Origin: an uncultured bacterium
GTDB lineage: Bacteria > UBP14 > UBA6098 > B30-G16
Reading direction: 5' to 3'
Length of the DNA stretch: 64,000 bases
Assembly: GCA_965552135.1 (NCBI GenBank)
Contig: CBEVQY010000002.1
Location: 75,434 to 139,433, forward strand
Shown: one piece after another, positions 30,036 through 42,590 of the stretch
Layout: each line of letters begins with the position of its first letter
Position numbering within the stretch: the stretch's first letter is position 1
The notes under the pieces: generated by a model
What the model was told of the DNA's origin: nothing
Databases searched by the model: none
The model's input: only the letters and a program-made list of their open reading frames with translations
Position numbers and translations under genes: made by a program

Positions 30036-31348
30036 CGCAGCTTCGCCCGCGCAAGGATTTCCCGCGCCGCACGCTCCGCAGAAGCGATTACCTCATCAAC
30101 GGAAACGCCAACGGGCGCACCATCCCTCACAACGACCCTGCCGCCAACAACCACACACTCAACGTTCTCCGGACCTGCGCCGTAGAGGATCTGGGAGTAC
30201 ACATCGTCCGACATCGGCGCCACCGACTGGGGTTTCCGCAGGTCGAGGACGACAAGGTCGGCAAGGAAGCCCGGCTTTATCTTCCCCGCAGCAAGCCCCA
30301 AGGCTTCTGCGGCATCTGCGGTGGCAAACGACAAAACGGTCGACGCCGAAAGAGCACTCGCACCATACTTCACCTTCTGCAGAAGGGCAGCAAGCCTCAG
30401 GTCTCGCCAGATGTCGTAGCGGTTGTTGCAGCCAGCGCCGTCGGAGCCAACGAGAACACCGATCCCCATCTCGACCATCCTCACCACGTCGGCGATGCCC
30501 GACGCAAGCTTCAGGTTCGCGCCGGGGCAGTGGAGGACGTGTGCCCCGCTTTCCCGAAGCATGCCAAGCTCTGCGTCGTCCAGGTGGATGCAGTGCGCGA
30601 CGAAAGCCCTTTCAGAAAGCGCGCCGAGCCTGAAGAGCGCCTCGATGTTCCCCCAGCCGTACCTCTCGCGGAACAGCCTGGTCTCCTCTTCGTTCTCCGA
30701 GGCGTGTGTGTGGATTTTGGCGCCGGCTTCGTTGGCGAGGGCGACTATCTTGCCCCACATGCGGTCGGTCACGCCCAGGAGGAACCGCGGGCAGAGGACG
30801 TACTCCGCCGCAGGTGCACCCTCGTATTCGGAGAGCATCTTCTCCGCAAGCTTTATCTGCTTTTCTGCGGATGGGAGTGCAGCCGCGGGCGGCCAGAGGT
30901 CCACGTTGTCGGCAATCGCAAGCCCCGAGAACACCCGCAGACCAACCTCCGCGCAGGCGTCGAATACAGCCCTCTGATGATCGAACGTTCCGAAGTCGAG
31001 CGCCGTCGTCACCCCCGAAAGCAAAAGCTCCAAAGCCCCAAGAGCCGCAGACGCGTAGAGGGTGTCGTAGCTGTGGGCAAGCTCAAGGGGAACCGTTCGC
31101 CTCTCGAGCCACTCCAGAAGCGGCATATCCTCCGCAGTCGCCCGGAATATCGTCTGGCAGAGGTGGACGTGTCCCTGCACAAGCCCGGGGAGAACGACCT
31201 TCCCCGCGGCGTCGATGACGTCTGCCCCTTGAGCCTCAAGCCCATCGCCGACGCGAGCAATGCGCTCGCCGTCGACGAGGACGTCCGCCACGCGGGGCTC
31301 GGTCCCGTCGAAGGGAACGATGAGCCCGCCCTTTATGAGGATCGCCAT
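30032..31348 (-). CDS. Amidohydrolase (5'-deoxyadenosine/MTA-SAH deaminase-like)
   Basis: PGLVQGHVH, HTHASE, AHC, HCP.ANLKLASG, GSDG. Confidence 0.85.
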   Translation of the reverse strand: MAILIKGGLIVPFDGTEPRVADVLVDGERIARVGDGLEAQGADVIDAAGKVVLPGLVQGHVHLCQTIFRATAEDMPLLEWLERRTVPLELAHSYDTLYASAALGALELLLSGVTTALDFGTFDHQRAVFDACAEVGLRVFSGLAIADNVDLWPPAAALPSAEKQIKLAEKMLSEYEGAPAAEYVLCPRFLLGVTDRMWGKIVALANEAGAKIHTHASENEEETRLFRERYGWGNIEALFRLGALSERAFVAHCIHLDDAELGMLRESGAHVLHCPGANLKLASGIADVVRMVEMGIGVLVGSDGAGCNNRYDIWRDLRLAALLQKVKYGASALSASTVLSFATADAAEALGLAAGKIKPGFLADLVVLDLRKPQSVAPMSDDVYSQILYGAGPENVECVVVGGRVVVRDGAPVGVSVDEVIASAERAAREILARAKLR

Positions 31349-31370
31349 CGCAAAACCTCCGCCAAAAGCG

Positions 31371-32222
31371 CTAAGCCTTCTTCACGACCACGTAGCTTCT
31401 GGGTCCGCGGCGAAATACCCTCCTCATCAGGGCAGCGACACCAACCAGCCTGAGGAGCTCGTACACAGCGCCGCTCAGAAGCGCCTGCGCGAAGACCAAG
31501 AATCTGATCAGTCTGCGCGGAAGCCCAAGCCTCTCCGCGAGCTTTATTGCGGCACCAAACGCCGCATCGAAAACACGACCCCAAAGGCGCATCTCCCGCT
31601 CGAAGTCGCCGCGCTCCAGAACCGCAAGCCCAAAGCTTTCGGCAAGCTCGGCAAGCTCCTCGGGCCTAAACGCCGTGTGGATGTATCGCTCGCCCTCAAC
31701 GCCGAAGCAACGCAGCACACCAACGTCCACAAGGTGCGGTCTTTTTTTGTGCCAGTTGGGGCAGGTGATGACGGCAACGCCGCCCGGCGCAAGCAATCGC
31801 GCAATCTCCGAAAAACAAAGCCTTGGCTCAGGCAGATGCTCAACCGTCTCGCTGCAGACGATAAAGTCGAAAGCCCCCGTCCGGAGGGGAACCCTTTGGG
31901 CATCGCCGCAGATGAGGTTAGCCTCCGCAACCTTTCGCCTGGCGCGAAAGAGAACCGCAGGGGAGACATCCAGACCAAAGAGCCTGAGTTTCGAAAAAAT
32001 GCGCTTCGCCTCACGCAGATATACCCCCGCCCCACAACCAACATCGAGCCAAGCGCCCTCCCTGCCGTACCGCCGGAGAAGTTGCCGCACAAACCTCCGC
32101 CTCGCCCTGCCCCAGCCGCTTAAGTAAACTATCCTCTCCTCGGGATAGAGCCTGCCTACAGCTTCGTAGAAGGCGAAGTAGTCTTTGGGGTTAAAGCTCG
32201 ACCTCCTTGTGTCGGGCTGCAT
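31371..32222 (-). CDS. Class I SAM-dependent methyltransferase
   Basis: LDVGCGAG, GLDVS, GDAQRVP, FD....SETVEHL, LAPGG; start uncertain. Confidence 0.8.
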   Translation of the reverse strand: MQPDTRRSSFNPKDYFAFYEAVGRLYPEERIVYLSGWGRARRRFVRQLLRRYGREGAWLDVGCGAGVYLREAKRIFSKLRLFGLDVSPAVLFRARRKVAEANLICGDAQRVPLRTGAFDFIVCSETVEHLPEPRLCFSEIARLLAPGGVAVITCPNWHKKRPHLVDVGVLRCFGVEGERYIHTAFRPEELAELAESFGLAVLERGDFEREMRLWGRVFDAAFGAAIKLAERLGLPRRLIRFLVFAQALLSGAVYELLRLVGVAALMRRVFRRGPRSYVVVKKA

Positions 32223-33036
32223 GGCAGTTGAGGTTAACGGCGACGGGGAAGGTCGCTATGTGCAGAGGATACTGCTCTATGAACACCTCAAGCGCCGTCG
32301 TCCTGCCGCCTAAACCCATAGGACCTATGCCGAGCTTGTTGATCTCCTCCAGAAGCTCCTGCTCGAGCTCGGCGTAGAAGGGATCGGGGTTACGCTGCCC
32401 TATTTTGCGCAAAAGCGCCTTTTTGGCAAGCCAGGCGCACTTGTCGAACGTTCCGCCAACGCCAACGCCAACTATCACCGGCGGACACGGGTTCCCGCCC
32501 GCCTGATCAACGGTCTCGATGACGAAGCGCTTGAAACCCTCAACGCCATCCGCCGGCTTGAGCATCTTTATCCTGCTCATGTTCTCGCTCCCGCCGCCCT
32601 TGGGCGCAACAACTATCCTGAGCCTGTCGCCCGGAACTACGTCGAACCATATGACGGGCGGGGTGTTGTCGCCGGAGTTCGGCTCGCGCTTCAGGGGATC
32701 AAGCAAAATGCTTTTGCGAAGGTACCCCTCGGTGTAGCCCTTCGCAACGCCTTTTGTGATCGCATCCTTTATGTTGCCGCCCACAACCTTAACGTCCTCG
32801 CCGATCTCGACGAAGAGGACGGTAAAGCCGGTGTCCTGGCAAAGCGGCATACGCTCCTGGGCTGCAACGTCGTGGTTCTCGAGGATCTGGCGCAATATCT
32901 CCCTGCCTACGGGCGACTCCTCCTTCTCGTACATCTCCTCTATCCTGCGGCGAACGTCCTCGGGGATGTAGTAGTTGGCGTCCATACAAAGCTTCGCCAC
33001 TGCCTCGGTGATCTTTTCTGCTGGAATCTCCCTCAT
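32191..33036 (-). CDS. Fe-S hydro-lyase alpha subunit (two-subunit class I fumarase / tartrate dehydratase alpha)
   Basis: PLCQDTG, GYLRKSI, KGGGSEN, NPCPP, GPMGLGG, CHAARH; GGAGG RBS. Confidence 0.9.
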   Translation of the reverse strand: MREIPAEKITEAVAKLCMDANYYIPEDVRRRIEEMYEKEESPVGREILRQILENHDVAAQERMPLCQDTGFTVLFVEIGEDVKVVGGNIKDAITKGVAKGYTEGYLRKSILLDPLKREPNSGDNTPPVIWFDVVPGDRLRIVVAPKGGGSENMSRIKMLKPADGVEGFKRFVIETVDQAGGNPCPPVIVGVGVGGTFDKCAWLAKKALLRKIGQRNPDPFYAELEQELLEEINKLGIGPMGLGGRTTALEVFIEQYPLHIATFPVAVNLNCHAARHKEVEL

Positions 33037-33055
33037 CTCTACCCTCCAGGCTTTC

Positions 33056-33739
33056 TTACCTTCGCGCGTCGATTATTGTCCGCTCCACTTCGCACTGCAA
33101 AAGCTCCTTCACAAAAGCCTCTATGCCCAGCGATGCGCGGTACAGGCTCGCGCGGGGGGATATACCCTGCACGGTGAGGATCCTGTTTGCCTCGTCCACG
33201 ACGACCTCCGTGGGCTGGACCTTGACCACATCGGCGCCGAAGCTGCGCACAAACTCGACCATGCTGGCGTCGTCACCCACGGTGATTATCGGCTTGACCT
33301 TCGCCCTCAGGATGAAAGCCAGAAGCACCGCGCCGTATCCCATCGCCCCCAGTGGCTTTTCGCGCACAAAGAGCCCAGCCACAAGGTCGCGCAGCTCCGC
33401 AAGGACCTGCGCCTCGGTGCCGTCGCGCAAAATCGACGACAAAACCTTGACGCAGCCCAAACCGCCGGGGATGATGAGCGCATCGAGCTTCCGCGCATCG
33501 ACCTCGCCTATCCTGAAAACCTCGCCCCTGAACACCTTCCGCGCCTCATCGACGAAGTCGCGGACGGGCGCCGCCTTACGCCTCGGACCAGGAATGCGAC
33601 GCTCAACGCTCTCCAAAGGAACAAGCGGCATCGGCTTGGCGCTGCAGCGCTCAAGCTCACGAAGCAAAAAGACAACGTCCCAAATCGAACTCCCCTCCTC
33701 AAAACCAAGACCCGAAAAAACTACACCCACCTTCTTCAT
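33056..33739 (-). CDS. ElbB/ES1-like DJ-1/PfpI superfamily protein, apparently lacking the catalytic Cys
   Basis: MKKVGVVFSG.G...GS, DALIIPGG.G, KPLGAMG (Cys expected in place of Gly), VVVDE.N.I.T. Confidence 0.75.
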   Translation of the reverse strand: MKKVGVVFSGLGFEEGSSIWDVVFLLRELERCSAKPMPLVPLESVERRIPGPRRKAAPVRDFVDEARKVFRGEVFRIGEVDARKLDALIIPGGLGCVKVLSSILRDGTEAQVLAELRDLVAGLFVREKPLGAMGYGAVLLAFILRAKVKPIITVGDDASMVEFVRSFGADVVKVQPTEVVVDEANRILTVQGISPRASLYRASLGIEAFVKELLQCEVERTIIDARR

Positions 33740-33792
33740 AGCCTTCTGGAATTAAAGCCTATCCAACCCTCCCCACAAGCAAAAACTTCCTC

Positions 33793-33822
33793 TTGACAAA
33801 ACGCCCCTGGGGGCGTATTTAT
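33793..33822 (+). promoter_or_regulatory. Putative sigma70 promoter for tRNA-Val
   Basis: TTGACA at 33793-33798, 17-bp spacer, TATTTAT just upstream of the tRNA. Confidence 0.55.
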
Positions 33823-33832
33823 GTTCTTGGGT

Positions 33833-33909
<77 letters not shown>

Positions 33910-33926
33910 TTTTTATTTGGTTTGAC

Positions 33927-33954
33927 AAGCCCCCGAAGGGGGCTTTAGTTTTTT
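33927..33954 (+). terminator. Intrinsic terminator after tRNA-Val
   Basis: AAGCCCCC-GAA-GGGGGCTT hairpin followed by TAGTTTTTT. Confidence 0.65.
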
Positions 33955-33957
33955 GGC

Positions 33958-35169
33958 GTGGAGGGGCGCAAGCCGATAAGGGTTTCGGAGCTTGTGAGGA
34001 CCGCCCGCGCCCTTGTGGAGGGTGGCTTTCCCGGCGGGGTTTGGGTTCTGGGCGAGGTTCGTCAGTTCAAGGTGCACTCGTCGGGGCACTGGTACTTCGT
34101 CCTGAGGGACGAGGCGGCGCAGGTAAACTGCGTTATGTGGCGCAGCGACAACGCAACCCTCGGCTGGACCCCGCAGGACGGCATCGAGGTCGAGGCGTTC
34201 GCACAGCCGACGATATTCGAAAAGCAGGGGCGGTTCCAGCTTATGGTGAGGCGCATGCTTCCCGCTGGTAAGGGCGCCAGAGCCATCGCCTTCGAGATGC
34301 TGAAGAAAAAGCTTGCAGCCGAGGGGCTGTTCGACAAAGCACACAAGAAGGCGCTTCCGCCCTTCCCGATGACGATAGGCGTCGTGACGTCGATCACCGG
34401 CGCGGCGATAAGGGACATCCTCAACATCCTCCGCCGTCGCGCCCCGTGGGTCACCGTGATAGTGCGCAACACGCTGGTCCAGGGGGAGGACGCCCCCGCC
34501 GACATAGTGCGCGCCATCGAGGAGTTCAATCGCTTCGGCGAGGTCGACCTCCTCATAGTCGGCAGGGGCGGAGGGTCCGAGGAGGACCTTTGGTGCTTCA
34601 ACGACGAGGCGGTGGCGCGGGCTATCTTCGCATCGAGGATACCGATAATCTCAGCCGTTGGGCACGAGATCGACATAAGCATTTCGGACTTTGTCGCTGA
34701 TCTCCGCGCGCCGACGCCGTCTGCGGCGGCGGAGCTTGCTGTGCCCGACAGAGCCGAGCTTCTGCGCCGCATCGGGATGCTACTGCGACGCGCCGCAACA
34801 AACATCGTCGCCCTCACAACAAAATACCGCGCAGCGCTGCAAAGCGCGGCACAAAGGCTTGAGTTCGCAAGCCCAAAGCACAGAATAGATGAGCTCCGCC
34901 AACGCCTCGACGCCGCACTCGAAAGCGCGCAAAAAGCCATAAGGCTCCTCTTCGAGCGCAGGAGGACCAAGCTTTCGCACCTTGCGGAGAAGCTCAGCCT
35001 TCTTTCGGTGGAGCGCATACTGGCGCGGGGGTTTTCGATAGTAAGGCACAGGGGCACAGTCGTTCGAAGCGCAGAACAGCTCTCCGAAGGCGACGAGATA
35101 GATATACAGTTCTATCGCGGCGGGGCTTGCGCAAAGGTTGCCACAATAAAACCCAGCGAGGCATCATGA
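33958..35169 (+). CDS. xseA: Exodeoxyribonuclease VII large subunit
   Basis: SGHWYF.L.D, GAA.RD, GRGGGS.EDLW.FN, SAVGHE.D, APTPSAAAE, LARGFS. Confidence 0.95.
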   Translation: MEGRKPIRVSELVRTARALVEGGFPGGVWVLGEVRQFKVHSSGHWYFVLRDEAAQVNCVMWRSDNATLGWTPQDGIEVEAFAQPTIFEKQGRFQLMVRRMLPAGKGARAIAFEMLKKKLAAEGLFDKAHKKALPPFPMTIGVVTSITGAAIRDILNILRRRAPWVTVIVRNTLVQGEDAPADIVRAIEEFNRFGEVDLLIVGRGGGSEEDLWCFNDEAVARAIFASRIPIISAVGHEIDISISDFVADLRAPTPSAAAELAVPDRAELLRRIGMLLRRAATNIVALTTKYRAALQSAAQRLEFASPKHRIDELRQRLDAALESAQKAIRLLFERRRTKLSHLAEKLSLLSVERILARGFSIVRHRGTVVRSAEQLSEGDEIDIQFYRGGACAKVATIKPSEAS

Positions 35170-35354
35170 AGAAAAGCGGCGACCTTACGGTATGGGTGGT
35201 GATACTTGTGATCATCGCCTTTTCGCTTCTTTCGGGCGATTTCGCCGAAACGACCACGGACTTCTTCCTGAACCACAGCCTTACGATCTTGCTTGTGGCG
35301 CTGGGAATGCTTTATTGGTGGTATAAGACGGACAGGAGAAGAGATGGCAGATAG
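35166..35354 (+). CDS. Small 2-TM hypothetical membrane protein
   Basis: ATGA overlap with the xseA stop, two hydrophobic segments, stop overlaps the next gene. Confidence 0.6.
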   Translation: MKKSGDLTVWVVILVIIAFSLLSGDFAETTTDFFLNHSLTILLVALGMLYWWYKTDRRRDGR

Positions 35355-37569
35355 AGCTAAAAAAGGGGATCCCTTTGGTCAGATAAAGAAGCTTGTTTCG
35401 CTTCGCGGCGAGCCTGAGCTTCAGGAGGCTTGGCGCAAGCTTGAGCCCTTCCTCAGGGAACGCTGGCGCGAGCTGCCCGAGCGCATCTTCGACCTAACCG
35501 AGTGGACCGAACCCTCCGAAACGCTGTCGCTTGTGCTTGAGATCATAAAGTCACTCCCCGGCAACCTCCCCATAAACCAGATAGCCGACCGCGCGGCGGA
35601 GATAATAACCAAAAAGCTTGGCTTCAAGGTTGTGCTCATAAGTCTTTTCGACCCCGCGCAGGGCGTGTTTGTCCGCACAGCACAGAGGGGGATCCCCAAG
35701 CGGAAGTTCGAAAAGCTAAAGAAGGAGCCCGTGCCGCCCTCCTACTACGAAAAGTACATGAAGGACGAGTTTAAGGTGAGCAACTCGTACCTTGTGAGGT
35801 GGTGGCACTCCAAGGGCGACGACGCCTTTTCGTACATTCCCCCCTCCGACGAGGACTCGGAGTGGCGCCCCAACGACATGCTGCTTGTTCCGATCCTAAG
35901 CCTCGACGGCAAGCTTTTGGGCATGATATCCGTCGACAAGCCGCCCGGCGGCAAGGTGCCGTCGCGGAACCTCATAGTGGCGCTTGAGGTTTTAGCGGCG
36001 GAGATGTCGCGCGCAATCGAGGAGGCGAGGATCTACGAGCGCACAGAAAGGCGCCTGGCGCAGATGGAGTTTCTGTACGAGATAAGCTCGCGGGCAAACC
36101 TCATGCGCGACGAAAAGGAGTTCCTGAAAAGGCTTTGCACATCACTCAGGGAGCGCTTTCAGCTTCTGTGGGCGGGAGTTCTTTTGAGCGACAGCGACAC
36201 GGGCACCCTATATGTAGCCGCCCAGGACGGGCTTGACGACATACGCTTCAACGGCATCCGCTACAAGATAGGCAAGGACGGCGGCGTTGCGGGAAGTGTT
36301 GCCGCAACGGGACAGTACAAGATCATAAACGACATAACCGCCGGCAGGCAGAGGTATCTGCCCTTCCACCACAAGGCGCGCTCGGAGCTTGCCGTGCCCA
36401 TACGGCAGAAGGAGCGGGTTTCGGGTGTGCTTGTGATAGAGTCCGAGCGCCCCAACGCGTTCACCCAGGAGGACAGGCGCTTCCTCAGAACCGTCGCCAA
36501 CCAGGTTGCGTCTGCGCTCGAGAACTTCGCCGCAAACCTCGCCCGCGAAGACGAACTGAGGATCCGACGCGCCCTCTTCGAGGTCGGAAACGTACTGAGC
36601 TCAACACTCGAGCCCGCAAGGCTCTTCAGAAAGATCACAGACATCCTGCGCAACACTTTCAACTACACAAGCACGGCGCTCTTCCTTATGGACGAAAAGG
36701 GCGAATACCTTGTGCTCAAAGCCTTTGCGGGGAGCATGGAGCATGAAGTCGACAAGTTCAGGCTCAGGGTTGGCAGAGAAGGCATCGTGGGCTTTGTGGC
36801 GAGCACGGGCAGAAAGCTGAACCTGCCCGATGTGTCGAATTTCCCCATGTACGTCCACGGCTTCCCGGGGGTGAAGTCGGCTTTGGCTGTTCCGATAACG
36901 TACCAGGGCAAGGTTTTGGGCGTGCTCGACGTCGAAAGCGAAAAGTACAACGCCTTCACCGAGAGGGACGAACAACTCCTGGAGCTTTTCGCAAGCCAGA
37001 TAGCGGTTGCGCTTGTGAACGCAAGGCTTTACGAAAAGCTCGAGGCGCTCGCCACAACGGACGGTCTTACGGGTCTTTTAAACTACCGCGCCTTTATGGA
37101 TAACCTCAAGCGCGAAGTCCGCAGGGCGAAGCGCCTGAACCACCCCCTGGCGCTCCTTTTCGCCGACATAGACCGCTTCAAAACGTACAACGACAGCTTT
37201 GGTCATCCTCGCGGCGACGAGGTCCTGAAGCTTTTTGCCGAGATCGCCCGCAAGAGCTTAAGAGAGGATATCGATATCGCTGCGCGCTACGGCGGCGAGG
37301 AGTTTGCGCTGCTTGTGCCCGAAGCCACGAAAGAGGAGGCTGTGGACGTCGCCGAAAGGATAAGGAGGGCTTTTAAGCAGCAAAGCGCCAAGCGTCTTCT
37401 GCGGGAGGTGACGGTGTCTTTTGGCGTTGCGTGTTACCCCGACGATGCCGACGACGCCGAAACGCTCCTCAAAGCCGCCGACGAAGCCCTTTACGAAGCC
37501 AAATCACGGGGCAGAAACAGGACCTGCACAGCCGGACGCCCCAAGCCCAAAAGGGCGCGCAAAAGGTGA
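35344..37569 (+). CDS. Sensor diguanylate cyclase (3 GAF + GGDEF)
   Basis: Three GAF-like units (LLVPI..GMISVD; SELAVPI..GVLVIE; SALAVPI..GVLDVE); TDGLTGL.N, DID.FK.YND, RYGGEEF. Confidence 0.92.
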   Translation: MADRAKKGDPFGQIKKLVSLRGEPELQEAWRKLEPFLRERWRELPERIFDLTEWTEPSETLSLVLEIIKSLPGNLPINQIADRAAEIITKKLGFKVVLISLFDPAQGVFVRTAQRGIPKRKFEKLKKEPVPPSYYEKYMKDEFKVSNSYLVRWWHSKGDDAFSYIPPSDEDSEWRPNDMLLVPILSLDGKLLGMISVDKPPGGKVPSRNLIVALEVLAAEMSRAIEEARIYERTERRLAQMEFLYEISSRANLMRDEKEFLKRLCTSLRERFQLLWAGVLLSDSDTGTLYVAAQDGLDDIRFNGIRYKIGKDGGVAGSVAATGQYKIINDITAGRQRYLPFHHKARSELAVPIRQKERVSGVLVIESERPNAFTQEDRRFLRTVANQVASALENFAANLAREDELRIRRALFEVGNVLSSTLEPARLFRKITDILRNTFNYTSTALFLMDEKGEYLVLKAFAGSMEHEVDKFRLRVGREGIVGFVASTGRKLNLPDVSNFPMYVHGFPGVKSALAVPITYQGKVLGVLDVESEKYNAFTERDEQLLELFASQIAVALVNARLYEKLEALATTDGLTGLLNYRAFMDNLKREVRRAKRLNHPLALLFADIDRFKTYNDSFGHPRGDEVLKLFAEIARKSLREDIDIAARYGGEEFALLVPEATKEEAVDVAERIRRAFKQQSAKRLLREVTVSFGVACYPDDADDAETLLKAADEALYEAKSRGRNRTCTAGRPKPKRARKR

Positions 37570-37571
37570 CG

Positions 37572-38333
37572 ATGGAAGAAACCGCCCGCAAAACGCTGGA
37601 TGCGCTCGTTGAGCAGATAAAGTCGCTTCCCAAAAAGCGGCTTCCGCGGCATGTGGCGATAATCATGGACGGCAACGGCAGGTGGGCAAAAAAGCACGGG
37701 CTGCCGAGAACCGAAGGTCACCGCGCAGGGGTCAAGGCGGTGAAGCGCATAGTCAGGTTCGCGCCGCAGGTGGGGGTGAAGGTCCTCACGCTCTACACCT
37801 TCTCCACCGAAAACTGGCGCCGCCCGGCAGACGAGGTCAAAACGCTTATGGACCTCCTGCGCGAAACGACGCTGCGGGAGCTGGGAGAGCTCGTCGAAAA
37901 CGGCGTAAAACTCGTCGTCTCGGGAAGGTTCAGGGAGCTTCCCTTCCCACAGCGCAGGGCGCTTGAGTATGCGATGTCGAAAACGGCGCAGGGGAAGACC
38001 CTCGTCCTAAACCTCGCCCTAAACTACGGCGGAAGGACCGAGATCACAGACGCCGCAAGGGCGCTGGCGCTGCTGGCGAAGAAGGGGGAAATATCCCCCG
38101 AGCAAATCGACGAAAAGCTTTTCGAAAAGCACCTCTACACCGCAGGTCTGCCAGACCCGGACCTGGTGATTAGGACGAGCGGGGAGATGAGACTTTCGAA
38201 CTTTCTGCTTTGGCAAGCCGCGTATGCCGAACTATACTTTACCAAAACCCTCTGGCCCGACTTCGACGAGGTCGAGCTCTGCCGCGCGATAATCGATTAC
38301 TCCAAAAGGGAGAGGCGCTTCGGCGGAGTGTGA
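37572..38333 (+). CDS. uppS: Undecaprenyl diphosphate synthase (cis-prenyltransferase)
   Basis: PRHVAIIMDGNGRWA, FSTENW.RP, NYGGR.EI, IRTSGEMRLSNFLLWQ, RRFGG. Confidence 0.96.
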   Translation: MEETARKTLDALVEQIKSLPKKRLPRHVAIIMDGNGRWAKKHGLPRTEGHRAGVKAVKRIVRFAPQVGVKVLTLYTFSTENWRRPADEVKTLMDLLRETTLRELGELVENGVKLVVSGRFRELPFPQRRALEYAMSKTAQGKTLVLNLALNYGGRTEITDAARALALLAKKGEISPEQIDEKLFEKHLYTAGLPDPDLVIRTSGEMRLSNFLLWQAAYAELYFTKTLWPDFDEVELCRAIIDYSKRERRFGGV

Positions 38334-38336
38334 TAG

Positions 38337-39398
38337 ATGGGCGCAGACAGAGTCGAAATAATGGGGATCCCGACGGACAGGCTCGGGGAGTGGTTCGAAA
38401 GCGTTGGGGAGCGCAGGTTCCGCGCCAAGCAGGTGGCGAAGTGGATATACGACAAGGAGGTCTTCGACTTCGAGCGGATGACTGATCTCCCCAAGCCGCT
38501 GCGCGCCTTTTTGGCGGAGCACGCCAAGATAAGCCTTCCCGAGGTGGTCGAGGTTGCGCGAGCAGACGACGGCGCGGCAAAATTCCTCTTCGAGCTTGAT
38601 GACGGAAAGAAAACCGAAGCGGTCTACATCCCCGACCCGAGCCGCGACCGCCACACCGTCTGCCTCTCGTGCCAGGTGGGATGCCGCTGGGGGTGCAGGT
38701 TCTGCGCCACGGGAAGGCTTGGATTTATGCGAAACCTCTCGTCTACCGAGATCATCGGGCAGCTCTTCCACCTGCGAAGCTACATAAGGCTTGGCGGACA
38801 CAAGCTCTCAAACGTCGTCTTCATGGGCATGGGAGAACCCTTAGACAACACAGAAGCCGTCCTCGACGCGATAAAGGTTATCCTCTCGGACTACGGCTTT
38901 GGTCTTGGGCACAGGAGGGTCCTTGTGTCCACCGCGGGGATACCTGAGGGCATACGGGCGCTTATGGAAAGCGGGCTCAAGCCGAAGCTCGCGATATCCC
39001 TAAACGCACCCAACAACGAGCTCCGAAGCCGCATCATGCCAATAAACGAAAGATACCCCATAGAGTCGTGGATCGGGCTTGTCGAGGAATACGCCAACTA
39101 CTGCCGCAGATGGGTGACGTTCGAGTACGTCCTCTTCGACGGTGTGAACGATTCCCTCACCCACGCCGACGAGCTTGTGAGGCTCATCAAGGACCTGCCG
39201 GCGAAGGTGAACCTCATTCCCTACAACGAGGTTGAGGGCGCAGAGTTTTCCCCGCCGGACGAGAGGAAGGTCCTCAGGTTCCAAAGCTACCTTCTTTCGA
39301 ACGGGATAGTTGCGACGATCCGCAAGTCGAAGGGTGGGGATGTTTGCGGTGCGTGTGGTCAGCTTGCGGGCAAAGCCGTGATGCAGGAGAGAGGCTAA
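38337..39398 (+). CDS. rlmN: 23S rRNA m2A2503 radical-SAM methyltransferase
   Basis: C.S.QVGC.WGC.FCATG, VFMGMGEP, ISLNA, EYVL, NLIPYN, ACGQL. Confidence 0.93.
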   Translation: MGADRVEIMGIPTDRLGEWFESVGERRFRAKQVAKWIYDKEVFDFERMTDLPKPLRAFLAEHAKISLPEVVEVARADDGAAKFLFELDDGKKTEAVYIPDPSRDRHTVCLSCQVGCRWGCRFCATGRLGFMRNLSSTEIIGQLFHLRSYIRLGGHKLSNVVFMGMGEPLDNTEAVLDAIKVILSDYGFGLGHRRVLVSTAGIPEGIRALMESGLKPKLAISLNAPNNELRSRIMPINERYPIESWIGLVEEYANYCRRWVTFEYVLFDGVNDSLTHADELVRLIKDLPAKVNLIPYNEVEGAEFSPPDERKVLRFQSYLLSNGIVATIRKSKGGDVCGACGQLAGKAVMQERG

Positions 39399-39423
39399 AA
39401 AAACAATAGAAACGGAGGGTTCG

Positions 39424-40693
39424 ATGGAGGTCCAGATAGAGCACCCGAGCCCCGTTGTGGCTGTGGTCAGGGGCGAGTTTTCGGCCGAAGAGGTATCGCA
39501 GAAGGTCGACGACTTCATCGAGCAGATAAGGCGCGAGGTTTTCATCCCCGGCTTTCGCCCCGGGCGAGCTCCGAAAGCGCTCATAAAAGCTCGCCTCGGC
39601 GATGCGTTCAAAAGGGAGCTTGCCGGAAAACTCGTGCAGGAGGTCCTGGAAAAAGCTGTGGAAGAGGAACCCGACCTCGAAAAACCCCTATACATCGACA
39701 ACCCCAAACACGACGAGCTTGATGAGGGAAAACCTTTTTCGGTCGAGATCTACATCGAGACGAAGCCCAAGGTTGAGCTTAAGAAGTACAAGGGTTTCGA
39801 GCTGCGCCGCGCCCCCGTGCCCGTGACGGACGAGGAGATCGACGAGGCGATAGACTCCTTCCTCTACAGGTACGGCGAGTTTCAGGAGCGGGAGCGCCCC
39901 GTCCAGGAGGGCGACTACGTCGAGGTCAAGATTCCCCTCGACGGCGAGCCCGTGCCGATCCTCATCCCGCTCGACGACCCCGAGTACGCTCAGTTCTTCA
40001 AACCCCTCATCTCACACTCCAAGGGGGATCGGGTGACGATCGAGGCTGAGTTTCCCGAGAACTTTCCCGACAGGCGCCTGCAGGGCAGGGGGGGCAGCTT
40101 CGAGGTCGAGATCACGCGGGTGGTCGAGTTCGTAAAGCCCACGCTCGATGAGGAGTTCCTCCAAAAAAGACTTGGCAAGCCCGAGGGATACACAAAAGAC
40201 GACTTCCGCAAGGAGGTCGCCGACTACATCCGCCAGCAAAAGCTCAAGAAGGCTGAGGAGGACCTCCGCGACGCGGTGATAGATGAGCTCGTCAAGGCGA
40301 ACCCCGTCGAGCTTCCGCCCAAATACGTTGAGATGCGCGCGCAGGAGTTTATGGCGAAAACCTGGGACCTCTCGCGGGCAACCGACGAGGAGATAAAACG
40401 CCTGCTTGAGGAGATCAAACCCCACGTCGAAAGGCAGGTTGCCTTTGAGTTCATCGCGGAGGCGATAGCCGAGGCGGAAGGGATAGAGATAAGCGAGAGC
40501 GAAGCCGACGACGTTCTGCGGGGGTATTCTGCCCGCGCAGGCGTCGACTTCGAAACGCTAAAAAGGGTTGCCACAAGCGACCAGGAGGGCTTCTCGCTTC
40601 TGAGATCCCGGATGCTTCGCGACAAAGTGGTGGCTAAGGTCCTCGAGACGTGCCGCATAGTCGAATCGGAACCGCAGGAAGACGAAAAGAAAG

Positions 40694-40701
<8 letters not shown>
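39424..40701 (+). CDS. tig: Trigger factor
   Basis: PGFRPGRAP ribosome-binding loop, FKBP-like middle (FPENFP...L.G), helical C-terminal domain. Confidence 0.88.
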
Positions 40702-42590
<1,889 letters not shown>

